Positions 43,210 through 52,853 are shown, counted from the stretch's first letter. The stretch: DNA of 64,000 nt from Waterburya sp. (GCA_965217895.1 CBDCJV010000002.1:2688001-2752000), one strand, 5' to 3'. Notes: a model not told the origin generated them from the sequence alone. A program made the numbers and translations.

Positions 43210-43578
43210 ATGACTAACTACTCCATCGATTTTGTCATCAAGCTAGCTCTTATCCTCTTGCTAAGTATTCTACCTTCTTTAGTTTACTTAGCTATCTTCC
43301 GCAAAGCTAAAGAACGCTGGCAAATGAGGTTAAGACGCGCTCAAATTTTAACTACCTACTCTGATCGCCATCGAGAGAGTTTTCGTAATGATGCTTATTA
43401 TTATGATCGCGATTCTTATATCATAAGCGATCGCCGTAGACCAATAACCAAATATTTTATTGGTGATACAACCTGTGCCAATAACGCCCGCTCACCCTAT
43501 ATTCGTTGTGCAATCAATCCTAGTGGACCATGTGATGACTGCTCTCATTATGAAAAACGCGATCAAAATTCAAATTAA
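43210..43578 (+). CDS. Conserved cyanobacterial membrane protein with Cys-rich tail (DUF6464-like)
   Basis: N-terminal TM; IGDTTCANNARSPYIRCAINPSGPCDDCSHYE. Confidence 0.8.
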   Translation: MTNYSIDFVIKLALILLLSILPSLVYLAIFRKAKERWQMRLRRAQILTTYSDRHRESFRNDAYYYDRDSYIISDRRRPITKYFIGDTTCANNARSPYIRCAINPSGPCDDCSHYEKRDQNSN

Positions 43579-43685
43579 ATTAAATAGTTTTGAAAGTAGC
43601 TTGATCTAGTCATTTGGCAGTTAACATTTATCACTGGTCAATGTTCAATTGCGCGATCGCCGTGTTAACAACACCACTCTGATTA

Positions 43686-44246
43686 TTATCGGCTAGCTTC
43701 ATTTAAAATAAAAATTTGAGTGAAGTAGTATTCTCCTTGTTGATTTTTTGCTATTCCAATGCCTGTTAGATTGTAGTTTCCTACTATGTTTTGTCTATGA
43801 CCCTCACTTTTTATCCACCCAGTTACGGCTTCACTAGCAGGATCGCGATATCCTTGATTGTAAGCTACGTTTTCTGCTGCACTACTCAAAGCAATATTAT
43901 TTTTTAAAGCTTTTACTCTAGAGTCAAAACCCTGATGACCAAACTTTACTTTTTGTTGTGCCATATTCTCGCTGTGAATTTGAGCTTGCTCGCTTATTTT
44001 AGGATTTAATTTTAAAGGCGGAAGATTGACAGAGGCGCGATATTTATTTATTTGCTGATGAACTTGTTGCGCTAAATTGTTCAATTCCAAATCTCGTTGA
44101 GTCGCTGCTACAGAATTGCCTTTTAGAGTATATTCTTGACTATCTACTTTGCTAGATACTGTCCATGAAAACATTGTAATCATAGCAGTTGACAGGAAAA
44201 TTTTTATTAGTAGAGGAGTCTGTAGAGAGATTCGAGCTTTAAACAT
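43686..44246 (-). CDS. CAP (SCP) domain secreted protein
   Basis: INKYRAS, AQIHSENMA, AENVAYN, WIKSEGHRQNI, TGIGIA, YFTQIF. Confidence 0.93.
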   Translation of the reverse strand: MFKARISLQTPLLIKIFLSTAMITMFSWTVSSKVDSQEYTLKGNSVAATQRDLELNNLAQQVHQQINKYRASVNLPPLKLNPKISEQAQIHSENMAQQKVKFGHQGFDSRVKALKNNIALSSAAENVAYNQGYRDPASEAVTGWIKSEGHRQNIVGNYNLTGIGIAKNQQGEYYFTQIFILNEASR

Positions 44247-44459
44247 TTTTTTTAGACTGGGCGAAAAAAATCATATTTTTCTATTGTAGTGCAATGAAAC
44301 CGTTTTAATTACAAGATTTTTCTGACTACAAAAATTGCCTTAGGATACAAGGTTTTAAACTCAAAATATTTTACTTATTCAGGTATCAAATCACAGTTAG
44401 TTTGTATGTGCCGTTATTAAAATTAATTTAATATACACATTTAATTTTGGTATTTACAA

Positions 44460-44804
44460 ATGAATTTTATCAATAGTTTTAATCATTTAGCTTTCCCTTT
44501 ATTTCTACTCGGCGCATTTCTAGTTTTTTTCAGCCTTATGTCGGCTGATTTTTCCAAAAAATCTCAAGATCACAATGTTGAGTTAGAAAAGTTTTATGAA
44601 ACGGTATGTCAAAACAAAAACATTGAACTGCAATTAGAATCAGTTGAGACAAAATCTGATTTTATTAACACTTTAGTCAGAGTAGGCTCGTCATTAGGAT
44701 ATAGCTTTACTGTCACCGACGTAGAAGAATCAATCCAAAGTTTTACAAACCAAACTTATAGCGATCATATTTGTTTATCAATTGGCTGCTGGAAGTTCGG
44801 TTAA
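44460..44804 (+). CDS. Nif11-like domain protein with N-terminal TM helix
   Basis: LEKFYETV...LQLE...FINTLVRVGSSLGYSFTVTDV resembles a Nif11 leader; hydrophobic N-terminus; C-terminal ICLSIGCW. Confidence 0.65.
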   Translation: MNFINSFNHLAFPLFLLGAFLVFFSLMSADFSKKSQDHNVELEKFYETVCQNKNIELQLESVETKSDFINTLVRVGSSLGYSFTVTDVEESIQSFTNQTYSDHICLSIGCWKFG

Positions 44805-44863
44805 TTAGAAATTATGCTGAAATTATAAATTAGTGTCTCAATTATTTAACGCCGAAAACCAAC

Positions 44864-45028
44864 GGCGTTGCTGATTAAGTAATGTCGTACAAAAGATTAC
44901 TATCTGTAGCTATAAGCTTTTTTAAATCAACATGGCGATTGGACTTGCTTGCAGACCCCGCGTCGCCATCAAACTCTATTTTTGAAGAGACAAAATAATG
45001 CTTCATAGCATTACAATTCAGCAACGCC
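44864..45028. mobile_element. MITE, copy 2 (opposite orientation), containing a 42-nt micro-element
   Basis: TIR GGCGTTGCTGA; perfect TSD AAACCAAC at 44856-44863 and 45029-45036; ends match the reverse complement of 37257-37393. Confidence 0.9.
44931..44972 (+). repeat. 42-nt micro-element with ATCAA duplication
   Basis: ATCAA|CATGGCGATTGG...GTCGCCATCAA; absent from MITE copy 1. Confidence 0.8.
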
Positions 45029-45035
45029 AAACCAA

Positions 45036-45356
45036 CTAATCGCAATCTTGACGAGGAGATATAGTTGCGCTGCTGCATAAATCGTCTAAATATTGCTCTA
45101 GCAATGCAAACTGGGACAAATTAAGACTATAGTAAATCCAGCGTCCTGACTGTCTAGGAGAAATTAATTTTGCTTCTTTTAGGGTTTTGAGATGAAAGGA
45201 TAATTTAGATTGGTTAACTTTAAGGCGATCGCACAAATCACAAACGCATAGTTCTTGCTCCCGTAGCAGTTGAACAATTTTGAGGCGTAAAGAATCAGAT
45301 AGGGCATGAAACCCTGTCATAATATAAATATTTGCAGGATTATAAACTTGCATCAA
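45036..45356 (-). CDS. ArsR/SmtB family metal-sensing repressor
   Basis: FHALSDSLRLKI, ELCVCDL, QSKLSFHLKTL, GRWIYYSLN. Confidence 0.93.
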   Translation of the reverse strand: MMQVYNPANIYIMTGFHALSDSLRLKIVQLLREQELCVCDLCDRLKVNQSKLSFHLKTLKEAKLISPRQSGRWIYYSLNLSQFALLEQYLDDLCSSATISPRQDCD

Positions 45357-45484
45357 GTCTTTTTGAACTAAAATCTCTGTTAATTTAGTATAGCAAACTA
45401 ATGTTGTTTAAATCACTTTGTTCGTGGTCGTTTTAGGCTCTCAAAATAAGTAAAAATTCTATTTTGATTGGCTTAGAGCTTTTT

Positions 45485-46414
45485 TTAAATCACGTTTACC
45501 CAAAAATCGGCAGTGATAATTTCTCCATTACGGTTAAATTGACCCCAAAGTTTATATTTTCCTGGTTCGGGGAATTGAGTGTGAAAATCAACTTTACCCA
45601 AAGATGTTCCTTCGCTGGCATGGGCATGAATGTAATCCTCACTGCTGAGAGGATTTGACTGCTTAATAATTACCAAATGTCCAGTTTTGCCTAAGTAGGG
45701 TTGCAAGTTGGTTACAGGAGTATTGCTGGCTATATCTTTGAGATCGAACTGTAAAGTAACTGGTTCGTTGGCTTTTATTTGTTCTTTGTCGGTACTAAAA
45801 TTAACTTTGGTTTTACCAAAAGATTTAGTCACACTGGTGTCGATCTTCGCAGAAGTTGCTTTAATCCCAGTAACTGATAGCTGCATTAAAGAAACTCTGT
45901 CAGCGTCTTTTGCTGGTTTGTAGTCGCTAAATAAAGTGTAATTACCAGATTGAGGAAAGCTGGTTTCGATATCAAATTCTCCTCTGCTGTTATATGTAGG
46001 ATGAATATGACTAAAAAACTCTAAATCGTCGCTAACTACAATCAAGTGCATCCGCTTTTCTTGGAATATATCAAAATTACTCACAGGTTTTCCTGCCGAA
46101 TCTTGGATATTTATGGCTAATGGTACGGATTGATTTGGTGCGATCGCATCTAGTACTGTTAGTTTGGCTTCAGTCTGGGTTTGTACTGTCTCCTCTGACA
46201 TATCCATATTGTCCGTGTCATGATGAGAACCAGGTTCGGCATTCATATTCTTCATATCATGATGAGAACTACCTTCATCCATGTTGCTCATATCATGATG
46301 CTTCATCATTTGCTGTTCTCGATCTGAAGCTTCAACATTTTTAGAAAGTAGCGAACAGCCTTGGAACAAGAATAAACCTGAAGCAAATAAGAAAGTAGAA
46401 ATAAAACGATTCAT
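45485..46414 (-). CDS. His/Met-rich metal-binding lipoprotein
   Basis: Lipobox-like FQGC; MMKHHDMSNM...SHHDMKNM...SHHD; MHLIVVSDDL..FSHIHP, PYLG..GHLVII, YIHAH, GKYKLWGQF. Confidence 0.85.
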   Translation of the reverse strand: MNRFISTFLFASGLFLFQGCSLLSKNVEASDREQQMMKHHDMSNMDEGSSHHDMKNMNAEPGSHHDTDNMDMSEETVQTQTEAKLTVLDAIAPNQSVPLAINIQDSAGKPVSNFDIFQEKRMHLIVVSDDLEFFSHIHPTYNSRGEFDIETSFPQSGNYTLFSDYKPAKDADRVSLMQLSVTGIKATSAKIDTSVTKSFGKTKVNFSTDKEQIKANEPVTLQFDLKDIASNTPVTNLQPYLGKTGHLVIIKQSNPLSSEDYIHAHASEGTSLGKVDFHTQFPEPGKYKLWGQFNRNGEIITADFWVNVI

Positions 46415-46493
46415 AGTTAATGTTTCCTCAAATTGAATATAGACGCTAACAAACATAGTTGACGAATGATTGCGAACGGCTGTTCGCCACTAC

Positions 46494-46876
46494 TTACTTA
46501 CTGAAAGTAAAACGACCATTAACTTTCTCACCATTAATGTAATGTCCGTTTGGATTGCAGCTTTATATTCACCAGATGCCGATGTGGGCAGAACGGCGGT
46601 ATAGTGTCCACCTTCGGCATCGTAGGTAAAATCGACGCTTTTTTGTTCCCCTGACGGTAGCTGAATTTGACCTAATACCTGAGCATTAGCAACTGGTTCA
46701 TGACTATCTCCAGACTGGAGATAGAAATCGAGGTGAAACTGTTCGGCTTCAGCTTCGGGAACAAACTCTAAATGATACTTTCCTGCTTCGACAACTTGTC
46801 CGCCAGCAGCGGGTTGAGAATGGTCTTCAGTAGTTGTTTTGGTTGTAGGTGCTAAATTTGCTATAGAATTAAGCAT
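46494..46876 (-). pseudogene. N-truncated, frameshifted periplasmic metal-associated protein
   Basis: GGQVVEAGKYHLEFVPE...HLDFYLQ...GHYTA; removing the ACATT duplication (46536-46545) gives the C-terminus TDINGEKVNGRFTFSK*; no signal peptide remains. Confidence 0.7.
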
Positions 46877-46942
46877 AATATTTAGTCAATATTTTTAGAA
46901 TCGATCTCCGTAATCGTTTCGTCTGATTTATCAAGAGGATCT

Positions 46943-47110
46943 TTATCGCTTCTGGGTTTGTCCATTTACTTTAATCCCCGTTGGTTAAGTAATAATGATG
47001 TTTCCATTATTAAACTCATCTCCATGACCACCATGTGCCAAAACTACTGAAGGTTGGGACATGGGCAAGAGTAGAGCAAGAAAAACTATTAGCTTTTGCT
47101 GGGTTTCCAT
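46943..47110 (-). pseudogene. 5' remnant of a heavy-metal RND efflux periplasmic adaptor
   Basis: METQQKLIVFLALLLPMSQPSVVLAHGGHGDEF...T*PTGIKVNGQTQKR*; signal peptide plus AHGGHGDEF resembles cyanobacterial metal-efflux adaptors; internal stops. Confidence 0.65.
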
Positions 47111-47159
47111 AGAGACTAAAGAAAAAGTTTAAAACCAGTCCTAAGTATGGCATTGGAAT

Positions 47160-47176
47160 ATGAAATCAGGATGAAA
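47160..47176 (-). promoter_or_regulatory. CopR-like direct repeat TTTCAT-N5-TTTCAT
   Basis: Minus strand TTTCATCCTGATTTCAT, about 50 bp upstream of the adaptor remnant's ATG. Confidence 0.6.
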
Positions 47177-47186
47177 TGCTTTGTCT

Positions 47187-47412
47187 TTAGGAGATTTTAC
47201 TGAGTTTGATTGAAGGTAATTCCTTTCGTTGAGCTTTTTGTTTTAATACAGAAATAATTAAACTGCTCATTCCTACTGTGAGTAGCACTAACCTGACAAT
47301 GTGAAACAAATGCCAGCGATCGTAATATTGCGTCCAGTTAGTTGGATAACAAGAAGCCGTCCAGGTATCAACCACCGCATTAATTGGTTCGATGAAAACT
47401 CCCCAAACTATT
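47187..47412 (-). pseudogene. C-terminal fragment of a DUF1772-like membrane protein truncated by IS982
   Basis: IVWGVFIEPINAVVDTW...PTNWTQYYDRWHLFHIVR; the 5' part is replaced by IS sequence. Confidence 0.6.
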
Positions 47413-47797
47413 GTTTTTTGGCTGCAGGAAGAGTCAGGAGATAAATAGATTCTACTGACGAAAAAAGAGTTTCAATCAGCAAAACGTTCTAATCTGAAGA
47501 ACAATCGCGATCGCCACTGGGTAAAATTATTAGTCAAGACTCGCCGTTTGGTAGAAACAAGCTCTGGATAGCTTCGACGTGCTTTGCACGGCGGAGTGTC
47601 GTAGGCACTCATTGGACAACTGAGCGAACGTTTTCACCTTCAAAGTGTTCGAGCCAGAGATTTGTGGCATTTAACTAACCGTGTTAACCGTAAACTTTTG
47701 GCACATACTTTAGCTTTCTGGATTAATCGCTATTCTTTTTATCCCCTCCGTTTTGAGCAGATCATTTCTGACTAAATAAAAAAGATGCACACGCCGT
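47413..47797 (+). mobile_element. IS982-family transposase remnant (3' end) with a micro-element insertion
   Basis: KRSNLKNNRDRHWVKLLVKTRRLVET[insert]IGQLSERFHLQSVRARDLWHLTNRVNRKLLAHTLA...*; probable right end ...TGCACACGCCGT. Confidence 0.8.
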
Positions 47798-47857
47798 ATT
47801 TGATATCAGTCTGATGATTAAATAGCCGATCGCATCTTTGATTTTCTTTAAACTTCC

Positions 47858-48031
47858 TTAAACTTCAGTGCTATTTTGTCTTTCTATCGTCTCGATCGCG
47901 GCGTTAATTGCTGCTAATCGTGTCTCTAGATCGTCTCGCATAGATTTAAGAAAGTTGAGTTTATGTTGCCTCCATTCTGAGGCTGAATTGGATTCAGGAT
48001 TAAAACAAGATTGGCATTAAGGAAAAAACAT
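47858..48031 (-). pseudogene. Small coiled-coil protein with a premature stop at codon 5
   Basis: MFFP*CQSCFNPE...LKSMRDDLETRLAAINAAIETIERQNSTEV*; heptad pattern; not in the ORF track. Confidence 0.55.
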
Positions 48032-48232
48032 CTTTATGATCTTCAGATTAGAGACCTATCGTAATTTTAATTTTATCAATGGTTCGGACAAAATTTAATT
48101 ATTAACGAAATAACAGCTATCGAAGCCCTTTTTGAGTTGAAGATAATCAACGGTAAATTGGGCTTGTCAACTGCTCTAACTGTTCTAACTGCTTAACTGT
48201 CCTAACTGTTGTTTTATAATAACTTTAATTAA

Positions 48233-49579
48233 CTATTCACTTAGATGTTCGGCAATAAAATTGGTGTATATTTCGCCTTTAAGAAAAGCAGGGGTTTCTA
48301 AAATAAGCTGATGAAATTCAATGGTGGTAGGTACTCCAGTAATAGCACATTCTCTTAAAGCTCTTTTCATACGCTTGATTGCCACCTCACGATTTTCGCC
48401 CCAGACAATTAATTTACCGATCAAGGAATCATAATAAGGAGGAATTTCGTAGTCGGTATAGACATGAGAATCCATTCTTACTCCTGGCCCTCCTGGAGGT
48501 AGATAGGCACTAATTCGTCCTGGATGGGGGCGGAAGTTATGCTTGGGATCTTCAGCGTTAATTCGACATTCGATCGCATGACCAGTCAATTTTACTTGGT
48601 CTTGGGTAAGCCTCAGTTTCTCTCCCTGAGCCACGCGGATCTGTTCGGCAATGAGGTCAATTCCCGTTATCATTTCTGTAACGGGATGTTCTACCTGAAT
48701 GCGGGTATTCATTTCCATAAAGTAAAAATCCCCAGATTTATCCAGGAGAAATTCGACTGTCCCCGCCCCAACATAATCGATTGATTTGGCGGCCTTTACC
48801 GCAGCATCACCCATTTTTTGGCGCAATTGGGAGCTTAAGACCGCGCTAGGTGCTTCTTCTAACAGTTTTTGGTGACGACGCTGAATTGAACAGTCTCTTT
48901 CCCCTAAATGAATAACATTACCGTAGCTGTCGGCAAGAATTTGAAACTCAATGTGACGAGGGCATTCAACAAATTTTTCTAAATAGACTCCACCATTGCC
49001 AAAAGCTGCCTCAGCTTCTCCTTGAGCAGCTTGGAACATTCTGAGTAGATCTGTCTCCTCATGTACTAAACGCATTCCTCGACCACCACCACCAGCAGTG
49101 GCTTTAATCATTACGGGGTAACCAATTTGGCTGGCAATTGTTTTTGCTTCCTCTTCATCACGTAGCAAACCGTTACTACCAGGTACAGTAGGAACACCTG
49201 CCGCCTCCATAGTTTTTTTGGCAGTAGATTTATCTCCCATCGCTAACATCGCTTCCTTGGAAGGACCGATAAAAGTAAGCTGATGATCGTTACAAATTTC
49301 GACAAAACGAGCGTTTTCGGCTAAAAAACCATAGCCAGGATGAATGGCATTAGCGTTGCGGGTCAAAGCAGCAGCTATGATGTTAGGAATATTTAAATAG
49401 CTTTTACCAGATGGGGGAGGACCAATACATACACTCTCATCCGCTAACTGAACATGAAGAGCTTGGCGATCGATGGTAGAGTGGACGGCTACCGTAGCAA
49501 TGCCCATTTCAGCACAGGTGTGTAAAATGCGTAGAGCAATTTCCCCTCGATTGGCGATTAGAATTTTGTCAAACTGCAT
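48233..49579 (-). CDS. accC: Acetyl-CoA carboxylase biotin carboxylase subunit
   Basis: [52 protein letters not shown]. Confidence 0.98.
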   Translation of the reverse strand: MQFDKILIANRGEIALRILHTCAEMGIATVAVHSTIDRQALHVQLADESVCIGPPPSGKSYLNIPNIIAAALTRNANAIHPGYGFLAENARFVEICNDHQLTFIGPSKEAMLAMGDKSTAKKTMEAAGVPTVPGSNGLLRDEEEAKTIASQIGYPVMIKATAGGGGRGMRLVHEETDLLRMFQAAQGEAEAAFGNGGVYLEKFVECPRHIEFQILADSYGNVIHLGERDCSIQRRHQKLLEEAPSAVLSSQLRQKMGDAAVKAAKSIDYVGAGTVEFLLDKSGDFYFMEMNTRIQVEHPVTEMITGIDLIAEQIRVAQGEKLRLTQDQVKLTGHAIECRINAEDPKHNFRPHPGRISAYLPPGGPGVRMDSHVYTDYEIPPYYDSLIGKLIVWGENREVAIKRMKRALRECAITGVPTTIEFHQLILETPAFLKGEIYTNFIAEHLSE

Positions 49580-49648
49580 TCTTTGAGTAGATAACTAGAG
49601 TCATGTTGTTAGAATAGAGCTTTTTATGGTTTAAAGAAGAAATAAAAT

Positions 49649-49888
49649 TTATCCTTTACCTAATTTTGAAGGTGGGCGATCGTCACTCCAGCCCCACCAA
49701 GCAGCGTCACACTCGCATTGATAAAATTCTTGCCATTTGCGACGACCATCTACACTTACAGGTGCGCGACGGTTTAGCCAAACATTTTGTGCCTTTTTGG
49801 GGTTAGATTTACAGCTAGGACAGCAAAAATCAACCGTATGCACTGCTGATTTAGTCCATTCTGGAGGTACTAAAGCAAAAGCATCCAT
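49649..49888 (-). CDS. Small Cys/Trp-rich hypothetical protein
   Basis: FCCPSC...VWLNRRAPV...RRKWQEFYQCEC..WWGWS. Confidence 0.75.
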   Translation of the reverse strand: MDAFALVPPEWTKSAVHTVDFCCPSCKSNPKKAQNVWLNRRAPVSVDGRRKWQEFYQCECDAAWWGWSDDRPPSKLGKG

Positions 49889-50140
49889 AAATGTTTTGTT
49901 TGATAATAGTTTTAAAATAGTATTCTTAATTATCCCTGTTATTTGTCTATCTTGGTGTTATCTTAACGGGAATTATTTTAAGAACTGTAAGAGGAGTAAA
50001 AACGGTATTCATAAAAGGCTACAAGATCCCATCTACACCTTAAGGATAAGTATATCGATATATTGATTAATTTAACGGGCTTTGAACTGGTGAACTATTG
50101 CTTCTTTGGGACAGCAAATATAACAAATATAATTTTAATA

Positions 50141-50212
50141 AGCCCCCAGTGAGAATTGAACTCACGGCCTCATTCTTACCAAGAATGCGCGCTACCACTG
50201 GGCTATGGGGGC
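50141..50212 (-). tRNA. tRNA-Thr(GGT)
   Basis: GCCCCCA/TGGGGGC acceptor, CATTC-TTGGTAA-GAATG anticodon arm, GTGAG-TTCAATT-CTCAC T arm; one D-stem mismatch. Confidence 0.9.
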
Positions 50213-50454
50213 GTTGAGCTTCTTGATAAGTATAACACCAACCCTTGAAAAGTTAAAGATAGTCTGAATGTGATTGAAATTACGGCAAGATTTCTTTACA
50301 TAAGACGCTCAACATAAGATTAGGTATTAAACCACAGTAATGAAATCTCTACAAACGGGCATTTCGTAGTCAGAGGATGAGGATGTAGATGTAGGGTATT
50401 AAAATGAAGAGTCAAAAGGTATGCTTCCTCAAAGAGTTAATAAAAACAAAATAA

Positions 50455-51285
50455 ATGCCGATTACAACAGATAAAATCCAGGTGGGTAAGCTTCAGTGGT
50501 TTTATTGTCAAACTGAATTAGAAAGCGAACGCACTCCCGTGTTGTTTTTACATGGTTTGCCATCTCATAGCTATACTTGGCGACAAATTATGTCTCTGTT
50601 AGCAGATGAAGATATTCCCAGTGTTGCACCAGACTGGATCGGTTGTGGATTTTCAGACAAACCCAGTAAAAAAGATTTTAGCTATACTCCTGACGCTTTT
50701 TTGACAGGTTTAAGTGAGTTGATTACTGCTTTAGAACTAAAAAAATTTTACTTAGTTGTTCAAGGATTTTTGGGTTCAGTTGGATTGCAGTATGCGCTGC
50801 AAAATCCTGAGCAAATAGAAGGACTAGTTGTTCTTAATACTCCTCTTGCTTCAAATGCCAAACTTCCCTGGCTGATGAAGCAGTTGAGTTTACCCTTAGT
50901 AGGAGACATGATGACTCAAGATCCCTTATTGGTCGATCGCATTATCGAGAAAGGCAGTGGTTTTATAGTCGCTGATCGAGATCTAGATATGTTACGTAAA
51001 CCCTTTCTGCAAAGTTCAGATGTAGGTAGATCTCTCATGGCAATTCTCCAGAAATTACAGCTAGACCAAACCATGCTAGAAATCGAAACTGGCTTGAGTC
51101 AATGGTCAAAACCAACCTTGATAATTTGGGGGACGGCTGATAAATGGCTAGATGTTGCAGAACCCCAAAAACTAGCTGCTGCTAATTCTAATATCACTTT
51201 AATCGAGTTGCCCGAAGCCAAGCATTATCCTCAAGAACATTGGGCATCAGATATTGCTAAAGAAATTGTGCAGTTTTTTCTCTAA
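50455..51285 (+). CDS. Alpha/beta fold hydrolase (haloalkane dehalogenase-like)
   Basis: LFLHGLPSHSYTWR, APDWIGCGFSDKP, IIWGTAD, KHYPQE. Confidence 0.9.
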   Translation: MPITTDKIQVGKLQWFYCQTELESERTPVLFLHGLPSHSYTWRQIMSLLADEDIPSVAPDWIGCGFSDKPSKKDFSYTPDAFLTGLSELITALELKKFYLVVQGFLGSVGLQYALQNPEQIEGLVVLNTPLASNAKLPWLMKQLSLPLVGDMMTQDPLLVDRIIEKGSGFIVADRDLDMLRKPFLQSSDVGRSLMAILQKLQLDQTMLEIETGLSQWSKPTLIIWGTADKWLDVAEPQKLAAANSNITLIELPEAKHYPQEHWASDIAKEIVQFFL

Positions 51286-51486
51286 TATGAAAAACTACAG
51301 GCGTAATGAAAGGAATAAGTGAATTATCAGAAAACAGAAAATATAAGTGAGATTTAATCAGAAATCTCGGCAACTGGCAAAATCATCGACCGAGTAACGC
51401 CAAACTAAGTTAAATTAGTGGGGTTTCGCTATATTATACGGCTGTGAGTTAAAGCTGATTTTTGCCTGTAGTCTTCTACTATTCTC

Positions 51487-52782
51487 ATGAGTGAATTAGA
51501 ACGTCCCTACTTTAAACTAATTGATGTTTTACTGAGTAGCCCGCGAGAGCAAGAGATGAATATTCTCAACGCTAATCAAAAATTGATCGATCAAAAGTTT
51601 ATTAGCTGTTTAATGTCGGTGGGAGAAAGATTAAGACGAGCGGGCGAAATTCCTCCTGCCGAGCGTTTAATTAATTTGGCAGGGAAACTGTTGCAGCTAG
51701 AAAATCCTAATTCTACTCCTTATCGCCGTCGAGAATCTTTTCAGTTTTTGATGACTCTTTTGCAGCAGGTATCCCATCAAGTTGCCCCAGGTAAAATTTA
51801 TGCTCTAATTCGCGAAAATCAGGGCAAGCTAGATCGACAATCCACCAATATTTTGGAATATTGGGCAAATGAAACTATTTTGTCCGTAAACCCCAAGCAA
51901 AAAAGAGCGATCGCCAACGATCTGGTCAACCTGGGAAATTTAATTTGTGCCTATCCCGCAGGGGATAAAGCTAATAACATGGAATTAGCAATTGTTAGCT
52001 TTCAGGCTGCACTCAAAGCTTATCAGCCCACGGATTTTCCTAAGGATTGGGCGATGATTGAGTCAAATCTAGCTGATGCCTTTCGCGATCGCGTTTTGGG
52101 CGATCGCCAAGCTAATATCGAACAGGCATTAACTACTTATCAGCTGGCTTTAGAAGTAATCACTCGAGAAAAATATCCTTATTTGTGGGCAAATATTCAG
52201 CGTAATTTAGGTATTGCCCACAACTACCGTCTTCTAGGAGAACGTTCCCAGAATATCGAACAGGCGATTATTTGCTACAGGAGATCTTTATCTATCCATA
52301 CCCAAAAAGATTATCCCCAAGATTGGGCAGGATCTCACAATAATTTAGGAGATATTTATCCCCAGCGCATCGAAGGTAACAAAGCAGCTAATATCGAAAC
52401 GGCAATTAACCATTTAGAACAGGCTTTAGAGATATTTACCCTCTCGTCTAATCCTCATCGCTGGGCAATGTTGCAAAATAATTTGGGTAATGCTTTCCAA
52501 TCTCGGATCGATGGTGATAAAAGTAGCAATATCGAACGTGCTATTTCCTACTATGGCAACGCTCTATCAATTCACAACTTAGAAAAATTCCCTTACAATT
52601 GGGCGATGGTCAATAACAATTTGGGCGGTGCTTATCGTTATCGCCTCAAAGGCAATGCGGCTGATAATAAACAACAGGCGATCGCCTTTTTAAATAAAGC
52701 CACGATCATCTACACCAAAGACAAGTTCCCCCGCCAGTGGTCAGAAATTCAGCATAATATTCAAAATATTAAAAAGTTATAA
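51487..52782 (+). CDS. Tetratricopeptide repeat protein
   Basis: Repeated P.DWA..QNNLG.AY..RI.G....NIE.AI units of about 47 aa; no CHAT domain. Confidence 0.9.
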   Translation: MSELERPYFKLIDVLLSSPREQEMNILNANQKLIDQKFISCLMSVGERLRRAGEIPPAERLINLAGKLLQLENPNSTPYRRRESFQFLMTLLQQVSHQVAPGKIYALIRENQGKLDRQSTNILEYWANETILSVNPKQKRAIANDLVNLGNLICAYPAGDKANNMELAIVSFQAALKAYQPTDFPKDWAMIESNLADAFRDRVLGDRQANIEQALTTYQLALEVITREKYPYLWANIQRNLGIAHNYRLLGERSQNIEQAIICYRRSLSIHTQKDYPQDWAGSHNNLGDIYPQRIEGNKAANIETAINHLEQALEIFTLSSNPHRWAMLQNNLGNAFQSRIDGDKSSNIERAISYYGNALSIHNLEKFPYNWAMVNNNLGGAYRYRLKGNAADNKQQAIAFLNKATIIYTKDKFPRQWSEIQHNIQNIKKL

Positions 52783-52853
52783 TAAGCAATTCCGTTACAT
52801 TTACTTCACTACCCTAAGAAAGCTATAAGTTAATCTGCTCAAGTAAACAAAAA

